From positions 1,000,008 through 1,064,007 of the forward strand of contig JBFWNU010000001.1 of the NCBI GenBank assembly GCA_050250895.1: a DNA stretch of 64,000 nucleotides, written 5' to 3'. The notes under the pieces are model-generated. The model saw only the letters and a program-made list of their open reading frames with translations, was not told where the DNA came from and searched no databases. Shown one piece after another: positions 58,406 through 64,000 of this stretch. Every line of letters begins with the position of its first letter. The first letter of the stretch is position 1. The translations under genes and the position numbers were made by a program. Source of the DNA: Vulcanimicrobiota bacterium. GTDB taxonomy: Bacteria > Vulcanimicrobiota > Xenobia > Xenobiales > JADMJV01.

Positions 58406-60973
58406 TTAGAACTTGACGCGGAACTGGGTGCTGACCTGCCAGCCATTCCACTCGAACGGGTTCTGAGTGCGGCCGATGGCGTCGTTGGTCAGGGTCGTAG
58501 GAACGTTGCTGCCGCTGTCCGTGCTGTAGTAGCGGAAGTCCATGTTCCAGGTGGTGTTTTCCGACACGTCGTAGTCGAACCCGATGAACGGGATGAACTG
58601 ATCGCTGTCGATATTGGTGAACGTGCTGCTGCCGGTGGAGATGGCGAAGTTGTTGTAAACACCAGCCGGGTCGTAGTGACCGTCGATGGTTACGACATCA
58701 GCACCGCCACGGAGCGTCCACTGGTCGCTGGCTTCCCAAGCGACTTCGCCGTGGATGTTCTGAACGTTCAGGTCGATGTGGTTCTGGCTGCCGCCGAAGC
58801 CGGGGGCCAGGCTGGTGCGACGGAGATACTCGTTGCGCTCGAAGCCCAGGTCGAGTTTGACCCGAGGATCGTCGAACTTGTAGGTCACGCCGAGACCATA
58901 CTGGTCGTGGCTACCGGAGGGATTCTCCAGGGGCTGCAGGCTGTTGGTGAACGAGTTACCCGAACCGGCGCCATAGATGGCGGGGTGAGCGTAACCGGCG
59001 AACACCGGGTCGATGAAACCAGGGGACATACCGATGACGACGTTGGTCGGGGCACCATTGCCCAGGCCATTGGTCAGCACGCGGACGTCATAGAGGCTGG
59101 TCTCTTTCTGGTCCAGGAAGCCGAGCTTGGCCCAAACGGCGCCGCGACGCTCAGCAAAGCGCCAGGTGCCTTTGAGGCGGAAACCTTCACGGTTGTGAGG
59201 GTATTTCTCGGTGTCGTGGAGCGAGTAGAGGTTGGTGAAGTAGTGAATGTTGGGGAGACGAACCACGCCCAGCCCGCCGTAAGACAGGATGAAGGGGTCG
59301 TAGGTCGCATCCACGGTCAGGTACTCAGCCGCGATGTCCAGGTCGCCGTCGAACAGGTTGGCGCCGACGCCGAAGCGGACAGCGTCACCGTCCACGTCGT
59401 AGGACGAGTTGCGGTTAGGCTTGTAGACCGAGTGGGCCCAGTCAGCGTTGATGTAGACCTGGTCGCCATCAGCGATGTCCCACTTATATTCGCCGGAGAT
59501 ACCGTAGCTGTTCATCGACTGGGGGCCGAGGCCGCCGCCGGCGCCACCGATGCTGTTGTCAGCAACGGTGTTCCAACCAGGAATCGGGCGCTGATCGACG
59601 GTCGAGCCGAAGCCGCCGTTGATCTGGTTAAACTGCGAGGTCTGCGCGGCGAAGAAGCCGGGCGGGTTGACCCACTGCAGCGGGGTGAAACCGGTGGAAC
59701 CGGCGTAGTCGACGTTGACGGGGAAGAAACCACCGCCACCGACGCCACCGACGGTCAGAGGAGCACCAGCGGCCGACTCTTGAGCCACGCGGGCAAAGTT
59801 GACTTTGACGTAGCCACCCTCGAACTCGAGAGCAGCGTCAGCGCCGAGCAGGAAGTTTTCGTAACCGATGAAGTTGGCGCCGGTAGCGGCGTCACCCAGG
59901 CGGGTGCCGAGAACTTCCCAGTGGAACACACCCCAGTCCTCGAGGTCTACGTGACCGCTGAGGTCGAAACCATAGCTGTCGTTGTAGCGAGAACCGAAAG
60001 CGCTGGGATTGTACTGGCCGGCGTAAATGACGTCGTCCAGCATATCTTCACCGAAAGCACCGAGAACCAACTTGGTCTGGGACGGGTTGTGAACCACCCA
60101 GAAGTTGTCCAGGTTCATGCGGGTGAAAGGAGCGTTGGTGAGGTTCTGGCCGGTAGCGAAGCTCGCACCGGTGAACGGGTTCGAAAGGAACGGAGCCTGA
60201 GCGCCCCAGAAAGCGTCGACAACGGCGTCGCCCTGGGAACTGTAGGCCGAGAACTCAGCGCCGGCGTCGATGTCTTCGGAAACGCGGATGCGCAGACCGA
60301 GGACAGCGTTCATGGTGAAGCCGGTACCGTTGGTGAGAGGACGACCGTTACGGAAGTCGATCACCGGGAGAACACCGTTGACGGCCGGATTGAGGGCGGC
60401 GCCGCCGCCACTGCCGACGAGGGTGTTATAGTTGAGGAAGCCGGTGGTGCCGATGGGGCCGGGGCCGGGCACGGCAACATTGCCGCCGCCGTTGCGCAGA
60501 CCGTCGTTATCAAAACGACCGCCATTGCTGAACGACTGGAACACGGCAACCGCTTCGACTTCACCATAGAAGGTGATCCGCTCGAGTTCGGTGACTCGCT
60601 TGTCGATGCGGCTAACTTTCTCTTCGAGGTTGGTCACGCGCACGCCGAGAGCGTCGAGCTCTTCACGGAGGGCGTTGACCAGTTTGCGCAGTTCTTCTAG
60701 CTCTGCCTTGGTAGCGAAGGTAGCGTGAGCTTGCTCCATCTTCGCCAGGAGACGAGCGACGATCATCGCTACTTCCCAGCGGGTAGCAGCGCGGTCACCT
60801 TTGAACGTCCCGTCGGGATAACCTTCGACCAGACCCTTAGCAGCGAGAGCCGCTACGGCGTCTTTGGCCCAGTGGTTATCGGGCACGTCGGGGAACAAAG
60901 GAGCCGACATCGCCGGCAGCGCCATGGCAAAAAGCAGCACAGAAGCAACTAGCGACAGTACATGTCTCTTCAT
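58406..60973 (-). CDS. OmpM/SlpA-like protein: SLH domain + coiled coil + large outer-membrane barrel (paralog 1)
   Basis: Same architecture as paralog 2; C-terminal FRVKF; AAGGGAG RBS. Confidence 0.9.
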   Translation of the reverse strand: MKRHVLSLVASVLLFAMALPAMSAPLFPDVPDNHWAKDAVAALAAKGLVEGYPDGTFKGDRAATRWEVAMIVARLLAKMEQAHATFATKAELEELRKLVNALREELDALGVRVTNLEEKVSRIDKRVTELERITFYGEVEAVAVFQSFSNGGRFDNDGLRNGGGNVAVPGPGPIGTTGFLNYNTLVGSGGGAALNPAVNGVLPVIDFRNGRPLTNGTGFTMNAVLGLRIRVSEDIDAGAEFSAYSSQGDAVVDAFWGAQAPFLSNPFTGASFATGQNLTNAPFTRMNLDNFWVVHNPSQTKLVLGAFGEDMLDDVIYAGQYNPSAFGSRYNDSYGFDLSGHVDLEDWGVFHWEVLGTRLGDAATGANFIGYENFLLGADAALEFEGGYVKVNFARVAQESAAGAPLTVGGVGGGGFFPVNVDYAGSTGFTPLQWVNPPGFFAAQTSQFNQINGGFGSTVDQRPIPGWNTVADNSIGGAGGGLGPQSMNSYGISGEYKWDIADGDQVYINADWAHSVYKPNRNSSYDVDGDAVRFGVGANLFDGDLDIAAEYLTVDATYDPFILSYGGLGVVRLPNIHYFTNLYSLHDTEKYPHNREGFRLKGTWRFAERRGAVWAKLGFLDQKETSLYDVRVLTNGLGNGAPTNVVIGMSPGFIDPVFAGYAHPAIYGAGSGNSFTNSLQPLENPSGSHDQYGLGVTYKFDDPRVKLDLGFERNEYLRRTSLAPGFGGSQNHIDLNVQNIHGEVAWEASDQWTLRGGADVVTIDGHYDPAGVYNNFAISTGSSTFTNIDSDQFIPFIGFDYDVSENTTWNMDFRYYSTDSGSNVPTTLTNDAIGRTQNPFEWNGWQVSTQFRVKF

Positions 60974-61143
60974 GGCTTTACTCCCTTATAGAGTTTAATA
61001 TCGTGCCTGGAAGAGCCGAGTCGTCTCGAAGATTACGCTGAGCATCTAATGTTACCTCAAACGCGCCTTTCGATGGCCTCGACCACCCCAGAACACTTTC
61101 CACAAAACGAGAATGAATTTCATCCTCGCCAAAGTAGACCTTA

Positions 61144-61172
61144 TTTATAATCTCCGAACCGGAGAAGGTCAA
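61144..61172 (-). promoter_or_regulatory. Sigma70-type promoter for paralog 1
   Basis: TTGACC-N17-TATAAA on the - strand, implying a ~160-nt 5' UTR. Confidence 0.65.
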
Positions 61173-61388
61173 GTGCGAAACAATGTTCGCGTATATGTTT
61201 ACGCCCCACGCGGTCTTCCCTTCTGTGGAGACGAATTTTTTTCACTTTTCCCCCGATAGCGCCGAAGTTTCGACGACTATCTTGGGCGTTCCTTCTTGAC
61301 CCAAGGATTGAATATTCCCGTGCCCACAACGTTTGGCCGAGAACATCGAAATTATTATCGAACAGCTCTTCCCCAGAAAGCTCAGAAG

Positions 61389-62523
61389 CTAATCATCCAT
61401 GTCGGCGCCACCCGGCTGGGGCTCGCGACCGAGTCTGGCGCAGGCCTCGAGGAAAGCCCGCATGAAAGGGTTGAGGTCTCCGTCGAGAACGGCCTGGACG
61501 TTGGACTCCTCTACTCCCGTGCGGCGATCCTTCACTACACTATAAGGATGGAGCACATAGTTCCTGATCTGATGACCCCAGGCGGCATCGGTGTTCTCGC
61601 CCCTGAGATCGGCCAGCCTTTCCGTGCGCGATTGCTGCTCGAGTTCAAACAGCCTGGCTTTGAGAATCCGCATGGCCGTGTCGCGGTTGGCATGCTGAGA
61701 ACGCTCGTTTTGGCAGGCGACCACCAGACCGGTGGGCAGATGGGTGAGCCTCACCGCCGAGTCGGTCTTGTTGACATGCTGTCCCCCCGCCCCAGACGAG
61801 CGAAAAGTGTCCACCCTGAGGTCTTCGGCCCGCACCTCGACCTCTTTGGCCTCTTCAATCTCGGGCACGATATCCACTTTGGCAAAGGAGGTGTGACGCC
61901 GTCGGGCCTGGTCAAACGGAGAGATCCGCACCAGGCGATGAACCCCGCGCTCGGAACGAAGGCGTCCATAAGCCTGAGGCCCCGTGATAAACACGGTCGC
62001 CGAATGGATGCCGGCCTCGGCGGGAGACGAATCGGCCAGTTCCACCTTGAAACCCTCCGCCTCCCCCCAGCGCAGATACATGCGCAAGAGGATCTGAGCC
62101 CAATCCTGGGCATCGGTCCCTCCCGAGCCGGCATGAATGGTCAAGATGGCCGGAGATTCGTCGAACTCGCCCGACAGCAGAGCGGTGGTCTCGGCCCTCT
62201 CGAGCTCTCTTTCGAGGCGCGCCGAGGTCTGTTCGACCTCAGCCATCTCCTCGGCCTTGTCTTCGTCGGCCAGATCGAGATAGACCTCGAGTTCCTGAAT
62301 GCGCTCGGAAAGCGAGTTCCAGGTCTCGACGCGCCCTTTGTGACGTCCGAGTTCAGAGACCAGACGACGACCCTTTTCGGGATCATCCCAGGCATCGGGA
62401 GCCGATAGCCGGCTTTCTAGCTCGTCTACCTTCTGTTGACTGAGTTCCAGGTCAAAGATATTCGCGCATCCGGGACATGCGGGCGCGAAATTCCTCCAAC
62501 CGACCTTCGTACTGACTGAGCAC
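61389..62523 (-). CDS. prfB: Peptide chain release factor 2 with programmed +1 frameshift
   Basis: GTG 62523 after AGGAGG, 23 codons to CTT-TGA-C (62457-62451), then +1 frame DLE...AWDDP...SPF...GGQ. Confidence 0.97.
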
Positions 62524-62555
62524 GATTTCCCTCCTAAGAGCCAGGCCTTGAGATC

Positions 62556-64000
62556 CTATCCCTCATCGGGATAGTGACACTTCTTCCACTTCTTGCCACT
62601 GCCGCACCAGCACGGATCGTTGCGACCAATCTTCTTGCTGACCCGGCGGAAGGTGTTGCCCCGGCCCGAGTCGTCGCGATTGGTGCCAGTGACCCGCACC
62701 GACCGTTCTGCCTGCACTTCCTGGTCCGACTTGACCTCGAGCTTGAAGAGGTAGCGGACAGTGTCTTCCAGGATGCGATGCTTGAGGGCCTCGAACATCT
62801 CGAAGGCTTCTTTGATAAACTCGAGCTGCGGGTCCTTCTGACCGTAGCCGCGCAGCCCGATACCCTCCTTGAGCCGGTCGATGGACTGAAGGTGGTCGAT
62901 CCACTTCTGGTCCAGTGTCTGCAACAAGCACCACTTTTCGAAGGCGCGGGTCGTCTCTTCGCCGAGGGCCTCTTCCTTGGCATCGTAATAGTCCCGAGCC
63001 CAGCGGCACATCAGGTCGACCATTTGTTCCCGCGTCTGACAGCCTTCCAGTTCCTCGAAGGTGGCTTCTTCGGGCAGGTTCAAGACCTCGATAGCGTCAT
63101 CCCACAGCCCGTCGATATCCCACTGGTCCGGTGGCAACTCGGAGGAACAGTTGGCCCGCGCCCAAGCTTCTACCAGGGTCCGCACGAAGTCGTAAATGTG
63201 GGGCTTGAGTTCCTCGCCGGCCAGGATACGGTCGCGCTCCTCATAGATGATGCGGCGCTGCTCGTTCATGGTGTCGTCGTAACGCAAGACGCTCTTGCGA
63301 ATATCGAAGTGGTGTCCTTCGACCTTCATCTGGGCGTTCTCGATGCCCTTGGTGACCATCTTGCTCTCGATGGGAACGTCGTCTTCGACCTTGAGCCACT
63401 CCATGGCGTTCTTGATCCGCTCCGAGCCGAACAGGCGCATCAATTCGTCGTCGAGCCCCACGTAAAAACGAGAAGAGCCCGGGTCGCCCTGACGGCCGGA
63501 ACGTCCACGGAGCTGGTTGTCGATGCGGCGGGATTCGTGACGCTCAGTGCCGATGATACACAGGCCGCCGGCCTCTTTTACCCGCTTGGAGTCCTCGGGG
63601 TTGGGGGGGTTACCCCCCAGCACGATGTCCACCCCGCGGCCGGCCATGTTGGTGGCGATGGTGACGGCCCCAGGGCGCCCGGCTTGAGCGATGATCTCGG
63701 CCTCGCGCTCGTGGTGCTTGGCGTTGAGGACCTCGTGCTTGATTCCCTTGCGGGTGAGGTAGGCCGACAGCTTCTCGGACTGCTCGATGGAACGAGTACC
63801 CACCAACACCGGGCGCCCGGCCTGATGATTCTCGATGATGTCACCAAGAACGGCCTCGAACTTGCATTTCTCGTCTTTGTAGATCAGGTCCGGATAGTCA
63901 ATACGAGCGATCGGCTTGTTGGTCGGAATGACGACCACGTCGACGCCGTAGATCTCGCGAAACTCGCGCTCTTCGGTGGCGGCGGTTCCGGTCATTCCGG
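62556..64000 (-). CDS. secA: Preprotein translocase SecA (N-terminus beyond window)
   Basis: ATNMAGRG, ERHESRRIDNQLRGRSGRQGDPG and SEC-C GRNDPCWCGSGKKWKKCH. Confidence 0.99.
   Translation of the reverse strand, partial: GMTGTAATEEREFREIYGVDVVVIPTNKPIARIDYPDLIYKDEKCKFEAVLGDIIENHQAGRPVLVGTRSIEQSEKLSAYLTRKGIKHEVLNAKHHEREAEIIAQAGRPGAVTIATNMAGRGVDIVLGGNPPNPEDSKRVKEAGGLCIIGTERHESRRIDNQLRGRSGRQGDPGSSRFYVGLDDELMRLFGSERIKNAMEWLKVEDDVPIESKMVTKGIENAQMKVEGHHFDIRKSVLRYDDTMNEQRRIIYEERDRILAGEELKPHIYDFVRTLVEAWARANCSSELPPDQWDIDGLWDDAIEVLNLPEEATFEELEGCQTREQMVDLMCRWARDYYDAKEEALGEETTRAFEKWCLLQTLDQKWIDHLQSIDRLKEGIGLRGYGQKDPQLEFIKEAFEMFEALKHRILEDTVRYLFKLEVKSDQEVQAERSVRVTGTNRDDSGRGNTFRRVSKKIGRNDPCWCGSGKKWKKCHYPDEG

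Noticed and set aside
55106-60700. Long + strand ORFs opposite the porin genes
   Set aside because: Antisense shadows of strongly biased genes.
60974-61140. c-di-GMP or other known riboswitch in the porin leader
   Set aside because: No recognisable consensus by eye.
61296-62408. 370-aa + strand ORF, and prfB as a pseudogene
   Set aside because: The ORF is antisense to prfB; the prfB break is the canonical CTT-TGA-C programmed frameshift.

Overview
GC-rich, gene-dense chromosomal window. It probably comes from a diderm Terrabacteria lineage such as Eremiobacterota/Vulcanimicrobiota; this is inferred from SLH-coiled-coil-barrel porins, TolC and Firmicutes-like wecB-atp-murA-mreB-like synteny. 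Housekeeping genes are wecB, a complete F1Fo operon (atpZ, I, B, E, F', F, H, A, G, D, C), murA, dut, dnaE, proB, prfB with a +1 frameshift, and partial secA. The most striking accessory locus is a coupled minor-pilin triplet (PilX/PilW/PilV-like). Its last member is a prepilin fused to a CxxCH cytochrome c, and the triplet lies head-to-head with a lipoprotein cytochrome c and close to a pilC/gspF gene. Other highlights are an unannotated UGA-readthrough thioredoxin (W-U-P-C) with a SECIS-like hairpin, a barrel-YfiR-TonB-like module carrying a transplanted LxLEELxNxEV motif, an HPF1/DUF2228-like protein and several apparently catalytically dead enzymes. Two paralogous OmpM-like genes have an inverted, palindrome-rich non-coding element flanking one of them. 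No rRNA, tRNA, CRISPR array or transposase was recognised. All family calls are by eye from motifs; no database searches were run.
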